64,000 nt of DNA from an uncultured Clostridium sp. (GCA_948470025.1 CAOKNG010000003.1:74-64073); one strand, 5' to 3'; shown: positions 23,133 through 34,324, numbered from the stretch's first letter. Translations and numbers: made by a program. Notes: generated by a model from the letters alone, not told the origin.

Positions 23133-24623
23133 ATGAAAAAAAGACGATATATTGTGATAGGTATATTTCTTGTGACCATGATGATGACAACTATGGTACA
23201 AGCCATAACCGATATCAATCTAAAAATCACTTTACCACAAGATTATATACAGCAAAATCTACAAGAGGAAAATATGAAACAATATTATACCCAAAATCAT
23301 ATTTACTTGCATGCTGTAAATGAAAACAAGGATGAATCGGTAATAGTGGTGCAATTAGAAAATGATTTTACAAAACGAATTGCCAATTTAGCGGAATTAA
23401 ATGAACTAAATTTTAATACGATACTAGAACAGTATAATAAGGAAAAAGAGCAAGCAAATCAAGTAAAACGAAAACAAGAAACCTATCAAAAAGGGGAATT
23501 GTTGTTTATTGATACAATTTTTGAGCAAACCTCAGAAGAAAGAAGCGTGCAAGTTGAAGAATATTATACAATTATTGAGGGAAAAGCAGTTGTAATTTCA
23601 ACAAACTTTTTAAATAAGCAAGTAGATACCAGTAAAGTAAGGCAAATAATCGACAGTGTGGAGATTTCAAAAGAAGAAGAGCAAGGAGTAAATAATCTCT
23701 ATATATGGGGAATGCTTGCATTTGGTGTGGTTCTTTTGGTGGTGTATGTTAGAAAACAAACAAAAATAAAAGTTGAAATAGAAGAACGTGAGAAAAAAAC
23801 AATCATACAAAAGATAACCAAGCAGTTAGAAAGACTATCATATGACCAATTAAAAGGAGTGCTTGTATTATTTATGATTACTCTTGGGGTGAATAGTATT
23901 AACTTATTGTATATAAGCATTCAAATGTTAATACAATACAAGTGGTTACATGGTTATACGTTGGCATATAAAATCTATGTGGGATTTGCTTTGTTACAAA
24001 ATCTAGTACAATTTATCGGGCTTCTTTTTATTGCATATTGCCTTACCAAAAGAAAACCAGAAACAATTAGAAGAATACAAAAAACATTTTTAGGAATGCT
24101 AATTGGAATTACCATCTTAACCATATGTCGATTCATTTTACAAGTAACTCTAAAAATGAGTGAAGACATTATATCCTATAGCATTTCAGAAATGAAAATA
24201 TTAGCAAAAAGTATGCTGTATATTCTTGTATGGTATTTGTATTTTAAGAATTCGATGCGTGTATCAGTATATTACAAAGAAAAAAGCATAGAACAAATTA
24301 TTACGAAACCCAAAAAAGGATACCAAACGAATGCAATAAACAAAAGAATCATGGAAATAAAAATAATCGATTACTTTACCAACAAAAAAGCATTTGATTA
24401 TGCAAATGGTATTTATATGAACCACTTGCCAAAAGAATATGCAGGAAGTATAGCATTATCAGACTTAACCTCAAAGAAAATGCTAAAACTAAAAAGAGCG
24501 AAATACTACTTAAACCAAAAGAATTTAGAAAATCCAAAAGGTGAAACAAGAAAAATGGCAAAAACAGTAGCACTTATGGTTGTCGTGTATATATTAATGA
24601 TACTTTTAATTGGGACATTGTAA
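23133..24623 (+). CDS. hypothetical multi-pass membrane protein with secreted N-terminal domain
   Basis: Signal/TM segment at the N-terminus and several hydrophobic segments in the C-terminal half. No motif recognised. Confidence 0.4.
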   Translation: MKKRRYIVIGIFLVTMMMTTMVQAITDINLKITLPQDYIQQNLQEENMKQYYTQNHIYLHAVNENKDESVIVVQLENDFTKRIANLAELNELNFNTILEQYNKEKEQANQVKRKQETYQKGELLFIDTIFEQTSEERSVQVEEYYTIIEGKAVVISTNFLNKQVDTSKVRQIIDSVEISKEEEQGVNNLYIWGMLAFGVVLLVVYVRKQTKIKVEIEEREKKTIIQKITKQLERLSYDQLKGVLVLFMITLGVNSINLLYISIQMLIQYKWLHGYTLAYKIYVGFALLQNLVQFIGLLFIAYCLTKRKPETIRRIQKTFLGMLIGITILTICRFILQVTLKMSEDIISYSISEMKILAKSMLYILVWYLYFKNSMRVSVYYKEKSIEQIITKPKKGYQTNAINKRIMEIKIIDYFTNKKAFDYANGIYMNHLPKEYAGSIALSDLTSKKMLKLKRAKYYLNQKNLENPKGETRKMAKTVALMVVVYILMILLIGTL

Positions 24624-24678
24624 CTAAAATACAAACACTCTTAGGGAATCATTCATAAAATAACCTGAGGTGTTTTTT

Positions 24679-25161
24679 ATGAGAACAGTACAATACGATA
24701 GGGAAAGTGTAAAAGAATATGCAAAAAAGTGGGCGTATTTAAGAAACCCACAGTATTACAATTATGATAAATTAGGGGGAGATTGCACCAATTTTGTATC
24801 ACAATGCCTGTTAGCAGGTGCCCACCAGATGAATTATGAAATAGATGGTTGGTATTACAAAAATGCCAACCAAAAATCACCCAGTTGGACAGGAGTAGAA
24901 TTCCTATTTCAATTCTTAATAAAAAATAAATCAGTAGGACCTTTTGGAAAAATAGCTAAAATAGAAGAGTTACAAATCGGCGACATTGTACAACTTTCCT
25001 TTGGAGAAGACCACTATGGACATAGTTTATTAGTGGTAGAAAAAGACCAAAACGAAATTTATGTTGCAACTCATACCTTGGATTCATATGGAAGAAAATT
25101 ATCGAGTTATCAATACGAAAAAAATCGAATGCTTCATATAGAAGGAGTACGAAAATGGTAA
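24679..25161 (+). CDS. putative amidase-domain protein
   Basis: AKKWAYLRNPQYYNYDKLGGDCTNFVSQCLLAG is typical of the putative amidase domain family. RBS GAGG precedes ATG 24679. Confidence 0.65.
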   Translation: MRTVQYDRESVKEYAKKWAYLRNPQYYNYDKLGGDCTNFVSQCLLAGAHQMNYEIDGWYYKNANQKSPSWTGVEFLFQFLIKNKSVGPFGKIAKIEELQIGDIVQLSFGEDHYGHSLLVVEKDQNEIYVATHTLDSYGRKLSSYQYEKNRMLHIEGVRKW

Positions 25162-25239
25162 AAATGATAAAAATTGCTTGTAAAATAGAAAAAAACGAGG
25201 TAAAATAGAAAAGCAAATACCTAAAAAAAGGAGTAGAGC

Positions 25240-25822
25240 ATGTATTTAGTGGTAGGGCTTGGAAATCCGGAGGAAGAGTACAAGGGAACAAGGCATAATA
25301 TGGGGTTTGATGTGGTAAATGAAATTGCCAGACAATATGCCATTTCGTTAGAAAGAAAAAAGTTTGATGCGATTTATGAAGACTCGGTAATCGAAGGGCA
25401 AAAGGTGATATTGATAAAACCACAAACCTATATGAATTTAAGTGGAGTTTCAGTCAAACAGTTTGTCAATTTTTATAAGATTCCAATGGAACAAGTTATT
25501 GTGATTTATGATGATATGGATATTGAGAAAGGAAATGTAAAAATACGAAAAAAGGGTGGAGCAGGAAGCCATAATGGAATGAAATCGGTGATTTCTGAAA
25601 TTCGGTAGCGAAAGTTTTCCGCGAATTCGTATTGGAATAGGAACTCCTAAACATCCACAAGATAGAATAAATTATGTGTTAGCCAAGCTTCCACAAGAAG
25701 AGTATACCATATTAGAACAAGGAATCAAAAAAGCAAGTATGGCAGTTGTGGACATATTAAAAAACGGAATTGACCATGCGATGAATCAATATAATGAAAC
25801 AATAGGAAAGGAAACTAGATGA
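25240..25822 (+). CDS. pth: peptidyl-tRNA hydrolase; +1 shift at CGG 25603
   Basis: MYLVVGLGNPEEEYKGTRHNMGF...GSHNGMKSVISEI-[C]-GSESFPRIRIGIGTP.... Without the shift the ORF stops at 25608 and loses the C-terminal third. Confidence 0.88.
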
Positions 25823-27006
25823 AAGAAATAATAATCAATATTGATACCAAAGAAAACAAGACCATTATGTTAGTCGAAAATGGAAATTTGTTAGAGCAAT
25901 ATGAAGAAAATAGTAATATGAAACGATTAGAAGGTAACATTTATCTTGGAAAAATCCAAAATGTGTTACAAGGAATGCAAGCTGCCTTTGTAGATATTGG
26001 CGAAAAAAAGAATACCTTTATCCATATTAAAGATATTTTACCAAAAGTAGATACCAAAACAGGGGACCCAGAAGAGGCGGTTAAAAATAACAATATTAAA
26101 GATATTGTAAAAGTAGGAATGCCAATTTTAGTACAAGTGAAACGCGACAGCAACAACAAAAAAGGAGCAAGAGTTTCGACCCATATCAATTTAGCAGGAA
26201 GATTTTGTGTGATTATGCCAGGAGTAAAATTTATCACAATTTCACAAAAAATTGAAAAAGAAAAAGAAAGAGCACGTTTAATTGAAATCATTGAAAAAAA
26301 TCTTCCAGAAGGAGTAGGCATTATTGTTCGAACCTCAGCAGAAGGAAAAAAAGAAGAAGACATTATAAGAGATATGAAACAAACCCTTGGAAAGTGGGAA
26401 AATATTCAAAAAGAAGCAAAAAAAGAAACGAAATTGCCAAAGCTTGTGTATGAAAATTCGAACATGGTAAAAAGAATTTTAGTGGATTTAATTGACCAAG
26501 ATATTACAAGAATGATTGTAAATAATGAGAGTGAGAAAAAAGAAATTGAACAAATGTTAAAAGAAAATGAGCAACAAATTGAAATCGTATTAAAAAAACA
26601 AGATAGTATTTTAGATATGTACGACTTGCATACACAATTAGAAAAAATAGAAAACCGAAAAATATGGTTAAAATGTGGTGGTTTTATTACCATTGATAAA
26701 ACAGAAGCATTAACCGCAATTGATGTAAATTCTGGAAAATACATAGGAACCAAAAACCTAGAACAAACCGTATATACAGTAAATAAAGAAGCGAGTATCG
26801 AAATTGCAAAACAATTAAGACTTCGAGATATTGGCGGAATTATTATTATCGATTATATCGATATGAAAGAAAAAGAGCATAAGGAAAAAATTATACAAGT
26901 ATTACAAGACAATTTAAAACAAGACCGTTCCAAAACACAAATTGTTGGATTTACCGAATTAAACTTATTAGAAATGACAAGAAAACATATGTGTAGTAAC
27001 GATTAA
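25819..27006 (+). CDS. rng: ribonuclease E/G family (Rng/CafA-like)
   Basis: S1 domain (GNIYLGKIQNVLQGMQAAFVDIG) followed by the RNase E/G catalytic region (TAIDVNSGKY). Confidence 0.85.
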   Translation: MKEIIINIDTKENKTIMLVENGNLLEQYEENSNMKRLEGNIYLGKIQNVLQGMQAAFVDIGEKKNTFIHIKDILPKVDTKTGDPEEAVKNNNIKDIVKVGMPILVQVKRDSNNKKGARVSTHINLAGRFCVIMPGVKFITISQKIEKEKERARLIEIIEKNLPEGVGIIVRTSAEGKKEEDIIRDMKQTLGKWENIQKEAKKETKLPKLVYENSNMVKRILVDLIDQDITRMIVNNESEKKEIEQMLKENEQQIEIVLKKQDSILDMYDLHTQLEKIENRKIWLKCGGFITIDKTEALTAIDVNSGKYIGTKNLEQTVYTVNKEASIEIAKQLRLRDIGGIIIIDYIDMKEKEHKEKIIQVLQDNLKQDRSKTQIVGFTELNLLEMTRKHMCSND

Positions 27007-27030
27007 CAAAGGAAAAAGGAGGGAAAACAG

Positions 27031-27291
27031 ATGGACTTTACAATGATATTACCAATTTTAATTGGTGTAGGTATTTTATTTGTAGTACTAAAACTATTAG
27101 CATTACCAATGAAATTAATCATTAAATTAGTAATCAATGGAGTTGTTGGTGGAGTGCTTATTTTTGTCATCAATCTAATTGGTGCCAATTTTGCATTTGC
27201 CATTAACCTAAACTGGATAACAGCATTGATTGTCGGAATACTAGGTGTTCCAGGTGTTGTAATTGTAGCAATTATGCAATTTGTAATATAA
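27031..27291 (+). CDS. bofA: pro-sigmaK processing inhibitor BofA-like membrane protein
   Basis: 86-aa two-TM protein whose glycine-rich hydrophobic sequence resembles BofA. Confidence 0.65.
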   Translation: MDFTMILPILIGVGILFVVLKLLALPMKLIIKLVINGVVGGVLIFVINLIGANFAFAINLNWITALIVGILGVPGVVIVAIMQFVI

Positions 27292-27293
27292 GA

Positions 27294-27325
27294 TGTAGGG
27301 GTCGATGCCCACATCGACCTCTACA
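27294..27325. repeat. REP-like palindrome, family 1 (probably also a bidirectional terminator)
   Basis: TGTAGGGGTCGATG-CCCA-CATCGACCTCTACA between convergent genes. Core identical to 48774..48800. Confidence 0.75.
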
Positions 27326-27326
27326 A

Positions 27327-29062
27327 TTATTTTCCTAATATCTTCTTTATTTCCTCATTTCGTTTTATTTTCTGGGTAGTGGTTTTAATCATTGGTTCAT
27401 CGGTTACAATAATTTCTCGAATATGCTTATAAGCAGGCATTGTCTTATTAATTAGCTTTATATCTTCCCAAATGATATTCTTATAATCAGCATCTGTCTT
27501 ATCTGGGTAAGTTTGTTTCATGTATTCAGAATGATATACAATTTTAGCATTAATTTCTAAATCGCCACTAGCAGTTGGTCTACCAAATACCATGTTTTCA
27601 GCTACATAAGGAAGGCGAGCAATTAAAATTTCGATTTCTTCTGGATAAATATTTTTTCCATTTTTTAATACAATCACATTCTTCTTTCTTCCTGTAATAA
27701 ATAAATAGCCATCTTTATCATAATACCCCAAGTCACCAGTATGAAACCAACCATTTATTAATACTTCATCGGTTGCTTCTTTATTATCATAATAGCCAAG
27801 CATAATATTTGGACCTTTTACCACAATTTCACCAATGCCATGTTCGTTTGGATTGTCAATTTTAATTTCCACATTTGGAAGTGCAAAGGCAACTGAGCCA
27901 GGTTTTTGATACTTATCATTTTCAGCAGAGACAATCGGAGAGGCCTCTGTTAAACCATATCCATTTAGTAACTCAATTCCAACACCCTTAAGACCTTTTA
28001 TAGTAGAAGTATCCATAGGAGCAGCACCATAAATGACAAGGCGAAGATGTCCACCAAGTTCATCGATAATCGATTTAAACCATTTTCTTCGAACATCAAT
28101 ACCACATTTTAGTAATACATTCGAAATAGCAGTTAAAATCGCAAACGGAATTTGCAAATGCTTTTCCTTAACACCGTTTTTAATTTTTTTATACATAGCC
28201 TCTAAAATAAGAGGAACACAAACAAAACCAGTAATTTTATATTCTTTTAAGTTGGATGCCACATAACGAAGGCCATCACAAAAAGCAATAGTAATACCAG
28301 AGTATAGTCCGTATAGAAAAGTAGTTGTTGACTCATAAGTATGGTGTAATGGTAGGAAGGATAAAAAAGTATCTTCAGAAGTTACCTTTGCAATACAACC
28401 AGTGGAATAAATATTAGCACAAATATTGGCTTGTGATAGCATAACAATTTTTGCAAGAGAAGTCGTACCAGAAGTAAATAGCATAACAGTCATAGCATTG
28501 TTATCAATCGTTACTTCTTCATAACGACAATCCCCATTTGCTTGTAAATCCTTTCCTTTTTGCAATAAACAAGCAAGAGAAAGAATATTACCTTCGTCTT
28601 CTTCTAAATCCATACAAATATAGTGTTTTAATAGGCAATTTGGATTGTTTTGTAAGTTTTTGAATACGTCCATATATTTTTTATCAAAAATAACCGCTTC
28701 TACTTCACTACGAATAATAGAGCTTTCAATTTCATTATCTGGAAGAGCCTTATCAAGAGGAACCACAATCATACCGAGAAGTTGTAATACTTAAATAACT
28801 AACACACCATTCATAACGGTTCGGAGCAATAATAGCAACACGTTTCCCGAGTTAAGCCTAAATCAATTAACCCAGTCCCAAGATTACCGAATATCTTCCT
28901 TCAAATCTGTGTAGGTATGGCGAATGTAAGTTGTATCTTTCGGATGTTTCTTATAAATAAAAGCAGTCTTATCCGGATAAAGTTTCCAAGAACGATCAAT
29001 CAATTCCTTAAAATTAGAAACCGCCTCAATTTCATACAACTTCCTTCTCGATAATTCTTGCA
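27327..29062 (-). CDS. long-chain fatty-acid--CoA ligase (AMP-binding); three +1 shifts at CGG (+ strand CCG 28887, 28847, 28774)
   Basis: ATG at 29062 gives MQELSRRKLYEIEAV...EDI-[C]-GNLGTGLIDLGLT-[C]-GKRVAIIAPNRYEWCVSYLSITTS-[C]-GMIVVPLD, joining ORF 27327..28772. AMP-binding motif TSGTTSLAK. Confidence 0.85.
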
Positions 29063-29261
29063 TAACATACCTCCGTAAAATAAATTTATCTTTATTCTAT
29101 ACTTATTCTAAGAAAAAAACAAGGGCTAAGGCACATAAAATGAGAATTATTACTGTAATGCAAAGTTTGCATGTAGAATTTTGTTATGGAATAGAAAATA
29201 AGCAATAGAGGTATTGACGAATCTTGTAAAAAGATGTATGATAATATAAATTAATACAAAA

Positions 29262-29357
29262 TAGAGTAGAAAATAAATCGTTAAGACCTAGTAGACGGGA
29301 AGTTGTTACTAGGGCAAGAAAAGTGATTTTCGCGTATTTGTTTTCGCATTCCGCTAT
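29262..29357 (+). ncRNA. THF (tetrahydrofolate) riboswitch
   Basis: AUAGAGUAG...UCGUUAAG...GACGGGAAG...GCAAG...UUUUCGCG...GCAUUCCGCUAU matches the conserved blocks of the folT-motif riboswitch as I recall them. It sits upstream of folT, after a TTGACG promoter at about 29214. Confidence 0.8.
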
Positions 29358-29440
29358 TGGGTTTGTTTTTGGAAGTAAACGAATAAGAATAGTTTCCTTC
29401 TTTCAATATGCGGAAAATGTATTGGAAGGAGGAATTTTTT

Positions 29441-29971
29441 ATGTCAAAATTAAAAAAAGTAATTTTATCTGGGATTTTATTAGCATTACTCATTGTCTTA
29501 AATCGATTTGTATCGATTAAAACACCACTTTTGGTGATTAGTTTTTCATTTGTACCACTTATAATGGCAGCTATTTGGTTAGGGCCAAAATACAGTACAT
29601 TAATTGCAGCATTAGGAGATTTTATTGGTGCGATTTTGTTCCCATTTGGAACGTATTTTCCAGGATTTACGGTAAGTGCAGGATTAGCAGGACTTATTTA
29701 TGGTTTGTTTTTACATCAAAAACAAGGAGAAGAAAGAACAACGAAACAATGGATTATAAGACTAATCATTAGTAATTTGCTAGTATTGGGACTTGTAGAA
29801 ATTTTTGTGGTTTCGATTTGGTTAAATATGATGTATGGAAAAGCATATTTGGTTGTGGTTTCTACAAGAGTATTAGCACAAGTGATTATGTTCCCAATAC
29901 GTCTTGTTACTATTTTCTTCTTAGAAAAAATAACAAGACCTATAGTAAATCGTTATTTATATGAAGAATAA
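29441..29971 (+). CDS. folT: ECF transporter S component, folate family
   Basis: RBS GGAAGGAGG precedes ATG 29441. Six-TM S-component-like sequence, in THF riboswitch and folC context. Confidence 0.8.
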   Translation: MSKLKKVILSGILLALLIVLNRFVSIKTPLLVISFSFVPLIMAAIWLGPKYSTLIAALGDFIGAILFPFGTYFPGFTVSAGLAGLIYGLFLHQKQGEERTTKQWIIRLIISNLLVLGLVEIFVVSIWLNMMYGKAYLVVVSTRVLAQVIMFPIRLVTIFFLEKITRPIVNRYLYEE

Positions 29972-30040
29972 AAGCGGAAGAATAGAATACAAGAAAGGAT
30001 GTATTTTAAGGTATGACAGAAGGGAAGGAATGGGAAAATC

Positions 30041-31321
30041 ATGAAGACAAAGGAGTATTTTGCTAGTTTTTATAAAGGAACGAAAGGGCCAACACTAGAA
30101 GCAATTGAGTATTTTATGAAAAAGCTTAACCATCCAGAACAACAATTAAAGGTGGTTCATGTAGCAGGAACAAATGGAAAAGGTAGTATTTGTGAAATGC
30201 TGTCTACAGTATTAGAACAAGCAGGCTATCGAGTGGGCTTATTCATGTCGCCTCATGTGGTAAGGTTTTGTGAAAGAATTCGTGTCAACCATGAGGAAAT
30301 ACGTGAAGAAGAGCTAGAGGAATTAACCAACCAAATGAAGCCATTTGTGGAAGAATATAATTGCACACATGAAGTAAAAGTAACGTTATTCGAAATCGAA
30401 ACTGCAATTGTATTTTGCTATTTTGTACAAAAAAAATGCGATATTGCGGTAATAGAAACTGGTTTAGGTGGACTTGTGGATTGTACCAATGTGGTACATC
30501 CAATGGTATCTATGATTACCTCTATTGGTTATGACCATATGGATATTTTGGGAAATACCTTAGAAGAAATTGCCCTTCAAAAAGCAGGGATTATTAAGGA
30601 AAATTCAGAGACCATATTTATCAGCCAAGAGCCTAGTGTAAATGCAATCATAGAAGAAAACTGTAAGAAAAAAAATAATTTTCTACATGAAATAGGAAAA
30701 GAGGATTTTGGTAATTTATCTTATCAAAATGGATACCAAATATTTGATTACAAAGACCAAAAACAGGTTAAAATAAATTTAAAAGGAATGAAGCAAATTG
30801 GAAATGCAGGTATGGTATTAGAAGCCATCAAGATACTACAACATAAAGGATATACTATTCCAAAAGAAGCAGTAGAAAAAGGTTTAACAAACGTAATTCA
30901 TAAGGCTAGATTTGAGCAGATTTATGAAAATCCAACCATAATATTCGATGGTGGACACAATGAAGCAGCAATTCGTAATTTAAAAGAAACCATCCAACAA
31001 TACTATGAAAATGAAGAAAAAGTATATATTGTATCGATACTACAAACAAAAGACTACAAAACAGTCATCAAAGAATTAATGGAAGATACAAAATCCATCT
31101 TTATTTTCACAGATGGAACCAAAGAACAAGATGAAGTAAAATGCTATGTAAAAAAAGAAGAGTTACGAAAAGAAGCATTAAAATATAGAAACCAAAATGT
31201 ATATATAGATTCACTACAAAATGCTCTTACAAAATGTAAAAAAGACCACAAAGATAAAACTATTTTTGTAATAGGCAGTTTCTATACATACAAAGAAGTA
31301 ATCGAAAATTTGAAAAAATAA
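30041..31321 (+). CDS. folC: folylpolyglutamate synthase / dihydrofolate synthase
   Basis: HVAGTNGKGS P-loop, Mur-ligase fold, DGGHNEAA motif. Confidence 0.88.
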   Translation: MKTKEYFASFYKGTKGPTLEAIEYFMKKLNHPEQQLKVVHVAGTNGKGSICEMLSTVLEQAGYRVGLFMSPHVVRFCERIRVNHEEIREEELEELTNQMKPFVEEYNCTHEVKVTLFEIETAIVFCYFVQKKCDIAVIETGLGGLVDCTNVVHPMVSMITSIGYDHMDILGNTLEEIALQKAGIIKENSETIFISQEPSVNAIIEENCKKKNNFLHEIGKEDFGNLSYQNGYQIFDYKDQKQVKINLKGMKQIGNAGMVLEAIKILQHKGYTIPKEAVEKGLTNVIHKARFEQIYENPTIIFDGGHNEAAIRNLKETIQQYYENEEKVYIVSILQTKDYKTVIKELMEDTKSIFIFTDGTKEQDEVKCYVKKEELRKEALKYRNQNVYIDSLQNALTKCKKDHKDKTIFVIGSFYTYKEVIENLKK

Positions 31322-31347
31322 GGAGAGAACGTTCAAAAAACGAATTC

Positions 31348-31460
31348 TTGCAGGGGCGACTAGTAGTCGCCCGCCCCTCACAGAGACGATGCTAAAAAGA
31401 ATCTAATTTTAGGGTATGCCTTCGATGAGCGGGCGTCTACTAGACGCCCTTACAGGGTTC
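31348..31460. repeat. REPIN-like doublet, family 1 (two inverted REP hairpins)
   Basis: Left arm TGCAGGGG-CGACTA-G-TAGTCG-CCCGC. Right arm (reverse complement) TGTAAGGG-CGTCTA-G-TAGACG-CCCGC. About 50-nt spacer. Confidence 0.7.
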
Positions 31461-31477
31461 TTGAACGAAATAGGCGT

Positions 31478-32303
31478 ATGATTGAATTAAAAAATGTAGG
31501 CTATGGTTATAATAAAAAAAAGAAAATCGTTAATGAAATAAATAAAAATATCCAGCCAGGACAATTTATCTGTATCATCGGAAAAAATGGCTCTCGGAAA
31601 ATCAACCCTTGCCAAACTAATTGCAGGAATTACCAAACCAACGGATGGGCAAGTTTTAGTAGAAGAAAAAGACACGAAAAAAAAGGAGCACTTTTTCGAG
31701 ATTCGTAAACAAGTAGGAATTGTATTTCAAAATCCGGAAAATCAAATTATTTTTAATTCTGTAGAAGATGAAATACGATTTCCTTTAGAAAATCTAAAGC
31801 TAGAGGGTATCGAGGAACGAATAACAGAAGCATTAAAAAAAGTGGGGCTAGAAGGAAAAGCAAAAAAGGAAGCTTATACTCTTTCGTTAGGGCAAAAACA
31901 AAGATTAACCATTGCTACCGTTCTTGCTATGAATACGCCTTATATTGTACTAGATGAACCCACTGCTATGTTAGACCCAAAAGGAAAAGACGAAATTTAC
32001 AAAATCGTAAAAAACCTAAAACAAGAAGGATATACGATTATTTACATTACAAACATAATAGACGAAATTCTGTTATCAGACGAAATTTGGCTAATCGAAG
32101 AAGGAAATATCAAAACTACTTTTGCAAAAAGAGAAATTTTGGAACATATAGAAGAAATGGAACAAAGTGATATTAAAATACCAGAAATTCTTACAATGCT
32201 ACAAGAATTAAAAAAACAAAATATCCCCATTGAATTAAAAGAATGGACTATGCAAGAACTCACCCAAAAATTAGTTAAAATATACCAAAATAAAGATAAG
32301 TAA
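31478..32303 (+). CDS. ecfA: ECF transporter ATPase component EcfA; +1 shift at CGG 31595 inside Walker A
   Basis: ORFs 31478..31708 and 31587..32303 join at TCT-C-GGA, giving IIGKNGS-G-KSTLAKLIAG. LSLGQKQR signature and VLDEPTAMLD Walker B. Confidence 0.9.
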
Positions 32304-32382
32304 AAACACAAGAAAATAGATAGGCAATATTATTTGCATAAAAACTTCGAAGCACTTACAAGAAAGCACCTTTAACAAAGAG

Positions 32383-32408
32383 TGTCACGGAGTGGCTGGG
32401 GGTTCTTA
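32383..32408 (+). repeat. partial family 3 repeat
   Basis: GTGTCACGGAGTGGCTGGGGGTTCTTA shares the hairpin-2 and GGGGTTCTTA end with 57601..57629. Confidence 0.5.
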
Positions 32409-32437
32409 AAAATTAAAATAGGAGATAAAATAAAACA

Positions 32438-33016
32438 ATGAAAACAACCATAAAACTAATTGCTTTTTTTGTGTATACAGTAGGACTATTTTTTGTACAA
32501 GATTTTTATGTATTAGCACTTTTTGCAATATTACAAATTCTATTCATGCCAATATGCCATATTTCCATAAAAGAAGCTACAAAAACACTTATACACCTAA
32601 TGCCATTTATTCTATTTACCGTATTAATTGATGTATTTGTCATGGAATTTGTAGAAGCCATACAAATTGGAATTCGATTAATTCTCGTCTGCCATATGAC
32701 TTATCTTTTTAGTAAAACCACTACTACCATGCAAATTGCAAAAGCAGTTAAAAATCTGCTATATCCATTAAAATGGTTTGGAATTAATATAGACAATATT
32801 GGTATTATGGTAAGCCTTGCTATTACCTTTATTCCAATTATCAAACAAGAAATAGAATTCATACGCTATAGCTTAATTGCAAAAGGCTTTGATATGCGTG
32901 TTAAAAATCAAATAAAACACATAAATTATATCATGGCACCACTTTTTTATTCCTTATTACGAAAAGTAAAAGAATTAGAAGAGGCACTAAAAGCGAAGGG
33001 ATATGTGGAGGAATAG
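32438..33016 (+). CDS. ecfT: ECF transporter transmembrane component EcfT (short form)
   Basis: Polytopic membrane protein directly downstream of ecfA. The conserved region ...IRYSLIAKGFD... is typical of EcfT. Confidence 0.7.
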   Translation: MKTTIKLIAFFVYTVGLFFVQDFYVLALFAILQILFMPICHISIKEATKTLIHLMPFILFTVLIDVFVMEFVEAIQIGIRLILVCHMTYLFSKTTTTMQIAKAVKNLLYPLKWFGINIDNIGIMVSLAITFIPIIKQEIEFIRYSLIAKGFDMRVKNQIKHINYIMAPLFYSLLRKVKELEEALKAKGYVEE

Positions 33017-33096
33017 AAGAATTTTGCTTGAGTAGAATCAAGATTTATGATATATTGAGTAGGACAATTAATATACAAATTTATAGGAGGATATTT

Positions 33097-34023
33097 ATGC
33101 AAGAGACATTTTATTTTACATCCTCAACAGGGGAAAAACTGTATGCCCAAAAGTGGCAAAATGAGGAGATAACGACATACCGAGGAGTGATACAATTAGT
33201 ACATGGTATGGAGGAACATATTGGTCGTTATGAAGATTTTGCAAAACTTCTTATATCACAGGGGTATATTGTTGTAGGGCATGACCATTTGGGGCATGGA
33301 AATAGTGCTAAAAATCCAGAGGATTTGGGGTATTTTGCAAAAGAGGATGGATGGAATCGATTGGTAGAAGATGTTCATATTTTGCAAAATAAAGTAGCAA
33401 AAGAGTATCCAGAGTTGCCATATGTTATTTTTGGGCATAGTATGGGCTCTTTGGTAACAAGAACTTATTTAACGAAGTATCAAGATAACCTAACAGGAGT
33501 GATTCTTTCTGGAACAAGCGGGCAAAAATCGGGGCTATTAGTAGGTCAAGTTTTAACAAAGTTGATTATGTTATTAAAAGGAGAACGATATCGTAGTGAG
33601 CTACTTGAATATTTAGTAACTGGTTCCTTTAATAAAAAATTCAAACCCAATCGCACCAAATCCGATTGGATTACAAGAGATGAAAAGGAAATTGATAAAT
33701 GCCAAAAAGATCCAAAATGTGGGTTTAATTTTACTACCAATGGCTACCTAAACTTACTAAAAGGAAGCTATTATTTATCAAAACAAAAAAATATTAATAA
33801 AACTGTCAATGTTCCTATTTTATTAATATCTGGCGACAAAGACCCAGTAGGAGGTATGTCAAAAGGTGTTATTCGTGTAATGAACATGCTACAAAAAGCA
33901 GGAGTAAAACAAGTAGACATACGACTATTCAAGGATGCAAGACATGAATTATTAAACGAAATTAACCGAGATGAAGTGTATTATGTGGTGTTAAATTGGT
34001 TGAATAGGGTGTTAGGGGAATAA
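33097..34023 (+). CDS. alpha/beta hydrolase (lysophospholipase / monoacylglycerol lipase-like)
   Basis: RBS AGGAGG precedes ATG 33097. HGMEEHIGRY and nucleophile elbow GHSMGS, C-terminal ARHELLNE. Confidence 0.8.
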   Translation: MQETFYFTSSTGEKLYAQKWQNEEITTYRGVIQLVHGMEEHIGRYEDFAKLLISQGYIVVGHDHLGHGNSAKNPEDLGYFAKEDGWNRLVEDVHILQNKVAKEYPELPYVIFGHSMGSLVTRTYLTKYQDNLTGVILSGTSGQKSGLLVGQVLTKLIMLLKGERYRSELLEYLVTGSFNKKFKPNRTKSDWITRDEKEIDKCQKDPKCGFNFTTNGYLNLLKGSYYLSKQKNINKTVNVPILLISGDKDPVGGMSKGVIRVMNMLQKAGVKQVDIRLFKDARHELLNEINRDEVYYVVLNWLNRVLGE

Positions 34024-34234
34024 GAAAAAGGATAAAAAGTTACTATATCCTTGAAATTCATGAAAAATTTATGAATAATAAAATATGGCTTGCGTAAAAT
34101 AAAAGTATATGCTATAATAATTATAGTTAGCAAGTTCAAATGATGTCAAAAATTGAATTTGTCTGAGATATGTTCGTCGCATATCTCTTTTTTTATTAAT
34201 AAAGAAAAAGCGGGTCGTCGTCCCGCCCAAAAGA

Positions 34235-34324
34235 TTACTCTTTTTCAGTGTTTTGGTTTTCGTTGCTATTATTACTAAGTAATAATAAAACAATTAATCG
34301 CCAAATAAGTTCATATGATGTCAT
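34235..34324 (-). CDS. candidate 29-aa small protein (MTSYELIWRLIVLLLLSNNSNENQNTEKE)
   Basis: Strong RBS AAAGGAGGA sits 7 nt before the ATG. Followed by terminator GCGGG-ACGACGA-CCCGC-TTTTT (34207..34228 on the + strand). Not in the ORF track because it is under 60 aa. Confidence 0.4.
   Translation of the reverse strand: MTSYELIWRLIVLLLLSNNSNENQNTEKE

Noticed and set aside
29408-29413. In-frame CGG at the second codon of ORF 29408..29971, a possible counter-example to the CGG rule.
   Set aside because: The ORF-track start is probably wrong. A strong RBS (GGAAGGAGG) precedes ATG 29441, and the region lies within the riboswitch expression platform, so this CGG is most likely untranslated.
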